Part shown: positions 38,195 to 47,435 of the stretch, piece after piece | Numbering within the stretch: the first letter of the stretch is position 1 | Layout of the letters: each line of letters opens with the position of its first letter | Assembly (NCBI GenBank): GCA_002376885.1 | Contig: DFOW01000002.1 | Coordinates: forward strand, 1-54,102 | From: Patescibacteria group bacterium UBA3531 | Lineage (GTDB): Bacteria; Patescibacteriota; Minisyncoccia; Phycocordibacterales; UBA3531 | DNA: 54,102 nucleotides | Direction of reading: 5' to 3' | Position numbers and translations under genes: made by a program | The notes under the pieces: generated by a model | Databases searched by the model: none | What the model was told of the DNA's origin: nothing | Seen by the model: only the letters and a program-made list of their open reading frames with translations

Positions 38195-39664
38195 ATGACA
38201 AAAGAAGCACATTGGCCGAGCGGGTGGATCTTTGTTCTTGCAGCAATCGGAAGCGCAGCAGGACTTGGTAATTTATGGCGATTCCCCTTTTTAGCATTTG
38301 AATACGGAGGAGGTTCATTTGTACTTGCTGTAGTTGTGGCCAATATTGTGATTGGAATTCCGCTTCTTTTACTGGAAGTTGCTCTTGGGCAAATGAGTGG
38401 AAAGGGGGCTCCCGACGCATTAGGGTCCGTACGAAAAGCATTTAAATACGTTGGATGGTTTGCTCTCATGCTTGGATTTTTGGTGCTCACCTACTACATG
38501 GCAGTGGTTGCTTGGGGCGTAGATTACTTTGCAAGTGCGTTCACTTTGGGATGGGGATCCGACACAAGTTCATTCTTTTTTAACGACATTTTAAATGTTT
38601 CTGAAGGAGTTGGTGTCGTTGGCGGAATATCGTGGCCCGTACTCTCTGGGCTCTTGCTTGCTTACGCACTGGTATACTTTTCTGTTTGGAAGGGAGTACG
38701 GAGCGTTTCAAAAGTAGTGGTGTGGACCGCAACGCTCCCATTTGTTATTTTGCTTATTCTTTTACTTCGAGCAGTGACGCTCCCTGGCGCAGGCGAAGGT
38801 ATTTTGCTCTACATTACTCCTCAATTTAGTGCACTCCTCAATCCGCAGCTATGGCTTGAGGCATTCTCGCAAGTATTCTTTTCACTTTCAGTTGCTTTTG
38901 GAATTATGATTGCCTATGGCTCTCTTAAAAAAGAGAGTTCTGAAATTACAAAAAACGTAGGGCTTGTTGCGTTAGGAAACTTTTTAGTAAGTTTTATTTC
39001 TGGATTTGTAGTATTTGGAACCCTTGGTTATATGGCACAGGCGCAAGGTGTTCCTATCACCAACGTCGTTGCTGGAGGGCCGTCACTTGTGTTTGTGGTT
39101 TTCCCTGAAGCTATTAGTTTAATGCCAGCGTTTAACTCACTTATTGCTGTGCTCTTCTTTGGAACACTCTTGATGCTCGCCATTGATTCTGCATTTTCTT
39201 TGTTTGAAGCGCTTGCGGTTACCTTTAGAAACCGGTATCCACGTGTCCCTACTAAAAAGATTGCTCTTGGTATTGCAGCAGTAACCTTTGTAGGAAGTTT
39301 GCCCTTTACCACACAAGCAGGGCTCTACTTTTTAGATATTCTTGATCACTTTGTGGTGAATTACGGTCTTATCACCGTTGGATTCTTGGAAGCACTCCTT
39401 GTTGGGTGGTTATGGAAACGGGGTGCTCTCCGTGTTTTTATTAATAAAAACTCAGAGTGGAACGTGGGAATTGGGTGGGAATTTGCTATTAAATATTTTG
39501 CTCCCCTCTTTTTGGGATTCCTTTTGGTTTCAAACATCGTCAGAGAGATACGCGAACCTTATGAAGGTTACCCTACCTGGGCACTCCTTTATATTGGAGT
39601 TGTCCCGATACTCTTAGCCCCTGTTATTGGATTTATATTAGAAAAACTTACCAACAAAGAATAA
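38195..39664 (+). CDS. Sodium-dependent transporter (NSS/SNF family)
   Basis: GSAAGLGNLWRFP, FSQVFFSLS, GPSLVFVVFP, LAIDS; start ATG 38195. Confidence 0.93.
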   Translation: MTKEAHWPSGWIFVLAAIGSAAGLGNLWRFPFLAFEYGGGSFVLAVVVANIVIGIPLLLLEVALGQMSGKGAPDALGSVRKAFKYVGWFALMLGFLVLTYYMAVVAWGVDYFASAFTLGWGSDTSSFFFNDILNVSEGVGVVGGISWPVLSGLLLAYALVYFSVWKGVRSVSKVVVWTATLPFVILLILLLRAVTLPGAGEGILLYITPQFSALLNPQLWLEAFSQVFFSLSVAFGIMIAYGSLKKESSEITKNVGLVALGNFLVSFISGFVVFGTLGYMAQAQGVPITNVVAGGPSLVFVVFPEAISLMPAFNSLIAVLFFGTLLMLAIDSAFSLFEALAVTFRNRYPRVPTKKIALGIAAVTFVGSLPFTTQAGLYFLDILDHFVVNYGLITVGFLEALLVGWLWKRGALRVFINKNSEWNVGIGWEFAIKYFAPLFLGFLLVSNIVREIREPYEGYPTWALLYIGVVPILLAPVIGFILEKLTNKE

Positions 39665-39687
39665 AATCCCCGATCGGGGATTTTATT

Positions 39688-40317
39688 TTAAAGGTTTTCT
39701 CTTTGTTTGTTTAGAATACGCCCACTTCTGGCATCCATGGTGACAAACAAGACTTCGCCGGCTGGTTCTCCTTCTTCAAAGTTTGCTCTTTGAACAATAA
39801 GGAGATAATTCCACACCAGTCGCCCATTGTCGTCAATCAAGGTAAGGTTAATGGTGACTTTATCGTCTGGATTTGCCTCGATACCTCGCGCTTTCTTGTG
39901 AGCCTTATCAAAAGCCTTTTGAGAACTCACTTTAAATTCACTCAAGTCCAAAGTATTTCCAACATCAACAACGGTTGTTTCGTATTCGACAGGAATAAAC
40001 CGTCCATCACTTGTTGCTTTTACTAAATATTGAGCACTATTATCTGGTAGTCCAAATACTGTAATCCTTCGCAGCTCCCATTCTCCGAGAGGACGACTGC
40101 CGTCAATCATGGTAAGCGCTCGGAGTGTCACATCTGGGTTCCATGCAAGACCTTCAGCTCCCGAATCAAGCGCAAACTGAAAATCATCCTGTGCCTCTTC
40201 GTTTAGCCCAAAATCAGGAAGTTCGTAGTTAAACTTATTTGTTCCACCAGAAAACACTACCAAAAGCACGGCAAGAACAATAAGACCAATTGCTATGTAT
40301 TGTTGATTCTTATCCAT
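39688..40317 (-). CDS. Membrane-anchored protein with a PepSY-like C-terminus
   Basis: N-terminal TM; VSSQKAFDKA...LVW...MDARSGRIL. Confidence 0.5.
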   Translation of the reverse strand: MDKNQQYIAIGLIVLAVLLVVFSGGTNKFNYELPDFGLNEEAQDDFQFALDSGAEGLAWNPDVTLRALTMIDGSRPLGEWELRRITVFGLPDNSAQYLVKATSDGRFIPVEYETTVVDVGNTLDLSEFKVSSQKAFDKAHKKARGIEANPDDKVTINLTLIDDNGRLVWNYLLIVQRANFEEGEPAGEVLFVTMDARSGRILNKQRENL

Positions 40318-40318
40318 A

Positions 40319-40732
40319 TTAGAAAATATAAAATACTACAAAAAAGGCAATGACGCCAGTCACTGCAAGCTCAAGGAACGGAGTGAGCCCAACCCCCAAA
40401 ATACGGGGCATTTCGTTTGTGTATGCCCATCTCCCCTTCTTTATAGAGACCCTCTCATCAACAAACGAGAACAAAAGAGCAAGAACAATAAACAGTGTCA
40501 GTTGAGAAAGATTAAGAAACGGGTTTACTTCACCAAAAATAAGTATAGAAACGATGTAAAAGAGAGAGATCCAAAATCCATCTTTTAACGACATGATAGT
40601 AAGAAGTCTCATGGTTTTTTTAAGAGGAAGCTCGTAGCACGTTGTATACAAAACACTATGGTTCATTTCCCAAATACCATTTACTAAAAACGAAATGAGG
40701 AAAATTTGAAATAAAATTTCGTAGTCAATCAT
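40319..40732 (-). CDS. Hypothetical membrane protein
   Basis: 4 TMs, NGIWEMNHSVLY and WAYTNEMP..GVGLTP motifs. Confidence 0.6.
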   Translation of the reverse strand: MIDYEILFQIFLISFLVNGIWEMNHSVLYTTCYELPLKKTMRLLTIMSLKDGFWISLFYIVSILIFGEVNPFLNLSQLTLFIVLALLFSFVDERVSIKKGRWAYTNEMPRILGVGLTPFLELAVTGVIAFFVVFYIF

Positions 40733-41196
40733 CGTATACGATTTTCGTATTCTTTAAGTGCCTTCACTTGTATTTCGTTTGGATGAATCACGGGACGCTT
40801 TTCTTTTACTTTTTCTATTGCGTCTTCTACTGAGTCGCCACAATACACTAAGTAAGCAATAACAAGAGAGGGACCTCGTCCATGTCCAAACTTGCAATGC
40901 ACATAAACCTTTTTATCTTTCGCTAAAATAGAATCAATGGTTGCTACCCCCAAGTCAAACTGATCTTGCGTAGGGGCGCTATTGTCTTTAACAGGGATCC
41001 ATGAGTAGTACTCCACCCCGAGAGGAAAGTCCATGGTTTCTTCTTGAAGGGAGATATCAGTCGTAATTCCTTTTGCCAATAAATCTTCTTCAAAATGTGT
41101 TTGACAACACACAGTTGTTCCTAAAAAAATACTCTCAGTAATTTCGTTATATTCAAACCGTAATTCATGTGGTTCTTTATCTTTACTGTCAATCAT
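40729..41196 (-). CDS. Dual-specificity protein phosphatase
   Basis: VYVHCKFGHGRG (HCX5R) with the upstream PVKD general acid. Confidence 0.9.
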   Translation of the reverse strand: MIDSKDKEPHELRFEYNEITESIFLGTTVCCQTHFEEDLLAKGITTDISLQEETMDFPLGVEYYSWIPVKDNSAPTQDQFDLGVATIDSILAKDKKVYVHCKFGHGRGPSLVIAYLVYCGDSVEDAIEKVKEKRPVIHPNEIQVKALKEYENRIR

Positions 41197-41459
41197 AGTG
41201 ACTCAACTTCTTGTTGGTTTACTAGGTGCGACACGTCTCTCCAATCTTTATCGTGAATCGCTCCTACAAGTGCATAGTAGAGGTTTTTTGATGGTTTGTA
41301 ACCAGCAAATTTTATTTTTTTGTAGGCCTCGAGCGCTCCAACATCTTCAAGATCTTCTTTAGAGAAGATCTCAACTTTGTTAAGCCAGTTTTCTGACGTT
41401 GGTCCTAGGTTGCGTAAATCTCGGAGTCTGCCTGTCATTTGAGACAGTATACCAATCAC
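41193..41459 (-). CDS. TfoX/Sxy C-terminal domain protein
   Basis: LRDLRNLGP.SE.WL..VEI....L..VGALEAY...LYYALVGAI. Confidence 0.85.
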   Translation of the reverse strand: MIGILSQMTGRLRDLRNLGPTSENWLNKVEIFSKEDLEDVGALEAYKKIKFAGYKPSKNLYYALVGAIHDKDWRDVSHLVNQQEVESL

Positions 41460-41462
41460 CCC

Positions 41463-41909
41463 CTAGAATGGCCACCAGGTTGGTGGGAGCACATAAATCA
41501 TATATACACCAAGTGCTACAAGGAAGAGTCCGATACCAAGTCGCATGAGTCCCCGATGCTCTTTTCGCCATGTTTCGAGTTTTTCTGAAGTTGCTCCAAA
41601 GTATGCGGCAATGATCACAATCAAAAGCGGAAGAACAAAAATAAGATTATAAAGAAGAAGAAGAAGAAGGGGTACTGCCTGAGAATAACTTCCTTCCGCT
41701 AAAAGCCCCAAAATTGCAAAGTATGGTGCTCCGGTGCAGAGAAGCTCTACCAATACCACAAATACTCCAATAAGTGCCGTAAAGAGCATGAGGGTTGCTG
41801 GGTGGCGCTCCTGCATACTTTCAATTTTTGCTGTGTAATATTTAATTCGTTCTGCTCCCCCTGGAATCATTTGAAGAGAAAATCCTCTTCCGTACCAAAA
41901 GCAATCTTT
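41463..41909 (-). pseudogene. 3' fragment of a CcdA/DsbD-like (cytochrome c biogenesis) membrane protein
   Basis: Frame continues upstream of ATG 41870 as KDCFWYGRGFSLQ; ELLCTGAPY and LLYNLIFVLPL motifs; N-terminal half absent. Confidence 0.6.
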
Positions 41910-42160
41910 CCAAGGTTTTCCCGCGTGTACCTTGCCACAACAATAAAAAGAAGTCCTAGGAAATAAATGAGTCCCAAAAGTGACACGGGGATTCCCAAAA
42001 TTTTTGCATACTGACTTGTATTTACCTCACTACACGAAAGCCCTCCTCCTAAGTCACAAAATGATTGATCGGCAGGAACCAAATGAAGATTCAACAAATA
42101 CCCCATCATAAGAGCACCTGCAAGCCCTAATAGTAGTAAAAGGATTTTGTACACATCCAT
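41867..42160 (-). pseudogene. 5' fragment of a vitamin K epoxide reductase (VKOR) family protein
   Basis: FCDLGGGLSCSEVNTSQYAKILGIPVSLLG is present; the C-terminal CxxC helix is missing. Confidence 0.7.
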
Positions 42161-42296
42161 AACGTTTTTAGTATACCAATACTTTTCCAGTGTAATTTTG
42201 TTATGTTGTGTATTCGTGGATTATTTCAAGTGAAATTGGAAAGGGCCTTCGGTTTCCCGAAGGCCCTTCTCCCCCTTGAACCCCTCTGAACATGAA

Positions 42297-43181
42297 CTAG
42301 TCCCAGAAGAAGCGGAACTCCGCCTTCACGGCGTAGGTCGTCCCCTGGTCGTTGCGCGGGTCGATCGTAGTGACGTTGACCGTCTTGGGAACCGATACTC
42401 CGAAGCGCTCCACGAGTCCCTTGAGATCGGATGGTACAGGGACTTCCGTCGTGATGTCGTTGATCGACAGCGGATGGATCACCTCGACGACGGGTCCGAC
42501 CGAGACGCGCCAGAGCTTCACGAAGGCTCCTGCGCGCGCCCGAGCGAGCCACCCACTCCCGAAGCCGAAGGCTCCGGTGTCGTTCATCGCGCCGATCCGT
42601 GCCTCGAAGTCGAGGTGACGGAACGAGAGCCCGTAGTCGACGGCCAGGTTCGTGATGAACCCGTGGTCCAACCCCGACCGAATCGGGATGTAGGCTCCGA
42701 CGTTGATGAACGGACGGATCGTGTGACGCTCTGCCAAACGCCACGTGTGAGCGAGCTCACAGTGGGCTCGGCCGATGTCCGAGAGCGAGATCTGCCTCGT
42801 GTCGGTGTCGTCCGTCGACCGAGCGAAGAAGTCGTCGCTGTCGAAGTACGACGCGCCGCACTCGGTTTCGATCCCAGCGAAGTTGAACCTCGTCCCCACC
42901 TCCCAGGTGATCCACTTGTCGGGACCGCGTTCGGAGAAGTCCTCGTCCCAGCGCGTCCTGACCTCGATGTTCGCGTAGAGGTGCTCCCAGAAGACCAGGT
43001 CGAAGGCGACCCGACCCTGAATACCCCCATTGATCGCAAGGCCGTTCTCGAAGATGTGCGGATGCTCTGCCGAAACGAACGTTCGGAAGAACGGCTCCTT
43101 GTATCCCTCCTCCTCCGCGATCGCGGAGTGCGTACTGGCGACGACCATGAAGGCCATCGCCACGACAAGCATGTTCCTCAT
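42297..43181 (-). CDS. GC-rich secreted beta-strand-rich protein (beta-barrel-like)
   Basis: Signal peptide MRNMLVVAMAFMVVASTHSAIA; alternating amphipathic strands; ends YAVKAEFRFFWD; GGGGGA before ATG 43181; terminator at ~42241-42268. Confidence 0.6.
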   Translation of the reverse strand: MRNMLVVAMAFMVVASTHSAIAEEEGYKEPFFRTFVSAEHPHIFENGLAINGGIQGRVAFDLVFWEHLYANIEVRTRWDEDFSERGPDKWITWEVGTRFNFAGIETECGASYFDSDDFFARSTDDTDTRQISLSDIGRAHCELAHTWRLAERHTIRPFINVGAYIPIRSGLDHGFITNLAVDYGLSFRHLDFEARIGAMNDTGAFGFGSGWLARARAGAFVKLWRVSVGPVVEVIHPLSINDITTEVPVPSDLKGLVERFGVSVPKTVNVTTIDPRNDQGTTYAVKAEFRFFWD

Positions 43182-43275
43182 CGTTTGGTCCCCCCATTGC
43201 GATGAGTTTTTGTTCAAAGGACTTTCCTTTGTCTACTCTTTGTTCTACTCCTCTACGAGAAAAAGTCAACTACAT

Positions 43276-43431
43276 AAAAAAAGAAGGCGCCCAGGACATT
43301 GTCCTGGGCGCGAGAAGGACAGGCCGTGCCCCAGTACAAGCCCCCGTAGCCACTGGGGCACGACCCTATTCGGAGGCGTCACACGGGGATCCGTCCTCCA
43401 TCGAATACCCCGCATTCGCTCATCCGCGTGT
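43276..43431 (-). ncRNA. Candidate ~155-nt structured small RNA
   Basis: TTGACT-N16-TATAGT promoter (43463-43436), several stems, strong GC terminator with T-run, no convincing ORF. Confidence 0.45.
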
Positions 43432-43526
43432 TCCCACTATACAAAAGGTTTACCCGAAGTCAAGAAAAAGAAACCGCCCCGGACCTTAAAAAGGTCGCGA
43501 GGCGATTGTTTCTTGTTTACCTGCTC

Positions 43527-43736
43527 CTAGCAGGTGTTCTTCCCGCAAGCGAGCGGCGCCAGGTTACTGAAGCTGATGTTCCCCGACAAGAGCTGATAGA
43601 CGAACTCCGCAACGTCGGGGAACACCTGATGTGCGGCAAAGCCAGCAACAGCAAGCCCCGCAAGGATCACCAGGTACCCGAGCATTCTCGTGCCCCCGTA
43701 GGGGTCATCGTCATGAGGACGAACTTCGACGTCCAC
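43527..43736 (-). CDS. Small GC-rich single-TM hypothetical protein (alternative start ATG 43685)
   Basis: MLGYLVILAGLAVAGFAAHQ hydrophobic segment; SD-like sites; downstream hairpin. Confidence 0.4.
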   Translation of the reverse strand: MDVEVRPHDDDPYGGTRMLGYLVILAGLAVAGFAAHQVFPDVAEFVYQLLSGNISFSNLAPLACGKNTC

Positions 43737-43893
43737 GAATCACCTCGATCGGTTTCAGGTTCGGGTCTCTCAAGAAGATCCCCAAGATGAGTACCACGAC
43801 CATCGCAGTGTTCTCAGAGAAATTCCAGGAGAGACTTTTACTTTCGTTCCATTCGAACACAAGCACCCCACTTTCTGCCCTCACTATAGTCTT

Positions 43894-44658
43894 TTATTGT
43901 AACCGTGGCAACAAAACCAAGACGCTCGTTTTCTTTTTATAGTTTTGATAGTTTGAGTCATTCCCCCAGCGCGCGTCAGCTTGTTTTTCTAAAAGAGGAA
44001 TTCCACTTACAAAAATAATAAGGAGTGCAATATAAAGCGGCCCAACAGTTCCAATCAAAACATCAATTCCCATAAGCGCGGGGTAGGTAAATACAAAAAT
44101 CCCTACCCAATGAAGAATTTCTCCAAAATAATTGGGGTGCCTTGAGTATTTCCATAACCCACTCTCTATCCATTTCCTTTTATTTTCTTCTTTATTAATA
44201 AATGAATATTTCTGGTAATCAGCAATGGTTTCAATCAAAAGTCCAACACCCCACAATACAATTCCCACAAACGAAAGTGTCACAAGCTCTGCATCTTTTG
44301 ATGAAAAATATAAAATACTTGGAAGAAGAACCATCCATACACTCACTCCCTGCAAAACCCAAAACTTTAAGAAGCGCACAAAGCTTTCACGCATTCCATC
44401 AAAACGTTTATCTTTCTTTATTTTTCTGATTCGAATAAAAAGGTAGGTTGATAAGCGTATTGCCCAAAGCGAAATCATGAAAAGAAGAATCACCTTCCCA
44501 AGACCCATGTCACTTTGAGCATACAAAATCCATGCCACAATCAAAAACGAAAGTCCGTAAGAAAGATCAGTAAGTTTATCCGTCTTAAAAATAAAAGCAG
44601 GGACAAACATAACAAGATTTATTCCAAGCGCCACTAAAAATGCAAAAACAAGTTCCAT
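43894..44658 (-). CDS. DUF1295 (steroid 5-alpha reductase-like) membrane protein
   Basis: DKLTDLSY, WAIRL, DKRF, ETIADYQK, GLWKYSRHPNYFGE, SGIPLLE. Confidence 0.92.
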   Translation of the reverse strand: MELVFAFLVALGINLVMFVPAFIFKTDKLTDLSYGLSFLIVAWILYAQSDMGLGKVILLFMISLWAIRLSTYLFIRIRKIKKDKRFDGMRESFVRFLKFWVLQGVSVWMVLLPSILYFSSKDAELVTLSFVGIVLWGVGLLIETIADYQKYSFINKEENKRKWIESGLWKYSRHPNYFGEILHWVGIFVFTYPALMGIDVLIGTVGPLYIALLIIFVSGIPLLEKQADARWGNDSNYQNYKKKTSVLVLLPRLQ

Positions 44659-44659
44659 T

Positions 44660-44926
44660 TTATTGAGACGCGTTATCTATTGTTTGTTTTACCTCAACTT
44701 CTTTATTGGGCTCTTCCTCTTTTTTTACTGATTTCTTTTTAAAAAATCCTGGGATAAGAGAGAGGAGCACTGTCAACATTCCAAGCAAAAATGTTAAGAG
44801 GAGAATAAGAGCAAGTGACCCTTCATACCCCCAAAACAAAAACTGTACTTCAACAGCCTCTGAATTTGAAAGGGCAAAAATAACTGCAACCAAAACCAAT
44901 ACCAAACTGATAATAAAATAAATCAT
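44660..44926 (-). CDS. LapA family membrane protein
   Basis: VIFALSNSEAVEVQFLFW...SLALILLLTFLLG. Confidence 0.8.
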   Translation of the reverse strand: MIYFIISLVLVLVAVIFALSNSEAVEVQFLFWGYEGSLALILLLTFLLGMLTVLLSLIPGFFKKKSVKKEEEPNKEVEVKQTIDNASQ

Positions 44927-44947
44927 AAGGTTAGTATAACAAATACC

Positions 44948-45298
44948 TTAAAAATACCGTTCAATAATGGGTACGTGTGATGTTTTAATATCTTCCTCTT
45001 GTACTGCTGTCACGAGGGTCACCTTCTTTTTTCCGACTTCTTTTTTAATGCTTTTTAAGGAGTCCCTATTTGATTGTAGCTCGGCTCGATACCGTATAGA
45101 AAAGCTTTTAAAACGTGCTTTTTTATCTTTGTGATACAACGTGCGTAACTCAGCGCTTGGCGCAAGGTCTTTTGCCCAAATATCTATTTTTGCTTTTTGT
45201 TTAGTGATTCCACGGGGCCAGAGGCGATCCACGAGTATTCGCACCCCATCACCTTTCTCTGGCTTGTCGTATGCTCTTTTTATTTTGATTTTATCCAT
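44948..45298 (-). CDS. DUF488 (YeaO-like) protein
   Basis: IKRAYD..DGVRILVDRLWPRGI...WAKDLAPSAELR. Confidence 0.92.
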   Translation of the reverse strand: MDKIKIKRAYDKPEKGDGVRILVDRLWPRGITKQKAKIDIWAKDLAPSAELRTLYHKDKKARFKSFSIRYRAELQSNRDSLKSIKKEVGKKKVTLVTAVQEEDIKTSHVPIIERYF

Positions 45299-46263
45299 GC
45301 ATCGATACTCCATTTACCTCCCCCAAGAACAAAGATGGCTGAAAGAATTCCAAAGAGTGTAATGTGAGAGTAAACATCTTCTCCAAAATAAAAGAATGAA
45401 AGAGAAAGAACAAGGAATGCAATTGCAGAAACAAGCCTTGTTCTTAATCCTGTCAAAATAAGGAGCCCTACAAGAAGCTCAACCGCCCCTGCAGAAAACA
45501 CCCACATTTCTGGACTCACAGGAATAACATTCGTAAGCCCATAATTGGTTATCACAAGAGCAGATGCATGAGGATTTAAAAACTTTTCATAAATCGCTAA
45601 GTACGTCATCGCCCCACCAACACCAACCCTCAAAATAAATGGTACGTATTCTTTTAGTTTTTTTAGGAAGGAAGCAAAGGGAATGCCAATAATGTCATCG
45701 AGGCCAGGGCGCGCATCAGCCAAAATAAAGAGTGCGAGTGCCCCCATCAAAAAATCAATATTTCCTAAAAGATAGACGTCTTCATAAATCCCGTAAAGAC
45801 CAATGAGAAGCGCGGCAATGGTGGCAAACGGTAGTAAAAATCCCGCAAGCAACAAGAATCCAATAAAAATTTGGAGTGTCGCAAGCGATGCATACCCAGA
45901 AAGCGCAGGCGATAGAAGGACTTCAGAGGCCCCCGCACCAATCAATGCAATACCCAAAGAAAGCCGTAAAATCCACGGAATGAATTCGTTATACGATTCT
46001 AGGGTTTTTTTGATATTTTTGATTTCTTTTTTTAATAAAGGAATATGCTTCCAGTACATAAGAAGTAACGCAACAAAAAGAAGAGTGACTCCCATCACAA
46101 TCAAATTGATCCCATTATTTAGCACACTAAATACAAACCCCCAATCAAGCCCCTTGCTGTCAGCGAGCTCTTGATCGTTCAAAACATACCCCACGTGTGC
46201 ATGAGCAGAAAGAGGCACAAGTGCAAGAAAGATAAAAATATAAAGAAGTTTTTTAGCGCTCAT
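45280..46263 (-). CDS. DoxX family membrane protein
   Basis: AHVGYV N-terminus; duplicated LRLSLG/LRVGVG halves; C-terminal GGGKWSID. Confidence 0.75.
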   Translation of the reverse strand: MSAKKLLYIFIFLALVPLSAHAHVGYVLNDQELADSKGLDWGFVFSVLNNGINLIVMGVTLLFVALLLMYWKHIPLLKKEIKNIKKTLESYNEFIPWILRLSLGIALIGAGASEVLLSPALSGYASLATLQIFIGFLLLAGFLLPFATIAALLIGLYGIYEDVYLLGNIDFLMGALALFILADARPGLDDIIGIPFASFLKKLKEYVPFILRVGVGGAMTYLAIYEKFLNPHASALVITNYGLTNVIPVSPEMWVFSAGAVELLVGLLILTGLRTRLVSAIAFLVLSLSFFYFGEDVYSHITLFGILSAIFVLGGGKWSIDAWIKSK

Positions 46264-46291
46264 ATAAAAAGTATATCAAAAATACAAATGT

Positions 46292-47383
46292 CTAACGAAG
46301 ATGCTCCTCTTTTCCTTCTTTCACCAAATAAAGTGCGGCAAGTGTTGTGAGCGGAACCGCTAAAATAAGGCCAATACTCCCTACAATGGTCCGAACAATC
46401 TCTGTTGCAAAAAGTTCTCTATTAATAATGAATCCAACACTTGCATCTGATGTTGAGAATAATAAAAGAAGAGGGAGTGACACCCCTGCATAGGCCAAAG
46501 CCAGTGTATTAATGAGTGCTCCAATGTGCTCACGCCCAATTTTGAGTGCTTTTGTATAAATCTCTTTTTTAGAAAGCGCTGGGGTAATCCCTTTAAACTG
46601 AGATACAACGTGCGCCTGTGTTATTGCCACATCATCTAAGAGTCCAAGTACTCCAATGATGATGGCGCCAAGCAAAAGGGCTGTTAAATCAATACTTCCA
46701 CCGGTTGCAATGTTTAAATACGTTGATTCGTCTGAAGTAAATCCAGAAAGTCCTGTAAAAATGATTGAGTAGTGTGCCAAAAGTCCGGTGATAATAATGC
46801 TCACCCCTGTCCCTAAAAGCGCCGCAAGTACTTCTCTATTAAATCCATGCGTAAGAACCATAACAATAATCAAAATAAGAAGAGCAAAGAGTATGATCGT
46901 TACAATGGGTGGCGCCCCTGCCAAAAGTTGTGGGAGCAAGAAGTAAAGAATGATAAAAAAACTGATCCCAAGTGACAAGAGTGCACGTATCCCTTGAAAC
47001 CCCGCAAACAAAGCAACCACTACTACAAACAATCCAAACAAAACATATAATGGAATGCTTCTATCTAAGTCGTTAACTGAATACAAATCAACTCCCAAAC
47101 TGTCAGAGAAAAAATTAAGATAAAAAACATCACCTTCTTCAAGCAAAATAAAATCATTAAAGAAAATGACCGTCTCTCCTTCTTTTTGTCCTTCAAGAAT
47201 TTTGACTCTGATTTCTTGTTCGTCTCCTGCAAGACCTGTCCCAGGGATAGGCTTGTTTGTTTCTTCACTAAGGATTTCTAAAACCTCTGCCCTGATAATT
47301 TCTTGTTCAGATTCTTGAGCAAAAGTAGAAAAAGGAATTAAAAGAAAAGCTAAAAATACAAAAAAGAGTGCTTTCTTCATCAA
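46292..47383 (-). CDS. YibE/F family membrane protein
   Basis: IIGVLGLLDDVAITQ, GREHIGALINTLALAYAG, EIVRTIVGSIGL. Confidence 0.93.
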   Translation of the reverse strand: MMKKALFFVFLAFLLIPFSTFAQESEQEIIRAEVLEILSEETNKPIPGTGLAGDEQEIRVKILEGQKEGETVIFFNDFILLEEGDVFYLNFFSDSLGVDLYSVNDLDRSIPLYVLFGLFVVVVALFAGFQGIRALLSLGISFFIILYFLLPQLLAGAPPIVTIILFALLILIIVMVLTHGFNREVLAALLGTGVSIIITGLLAHYSIIFTGLSGFTSDESTYLNIATGGSIDLTALLLGAIIIGVLGLLDDVAITQAHVVSQFKGITPALSKKEIYTKALKIGREHIGALINTLALAYAGVSLPLLLLFSTSDASVGFIINRELFATEIVRTIVGSIGLILAVPLTTLAALYLVKEGKEEHLR

Positions 47384-47435
47384 AAAAAGTCTATCACAAA
47401 AATATCTCGGGGTGGCTACCTGGATGGTATTAGAA

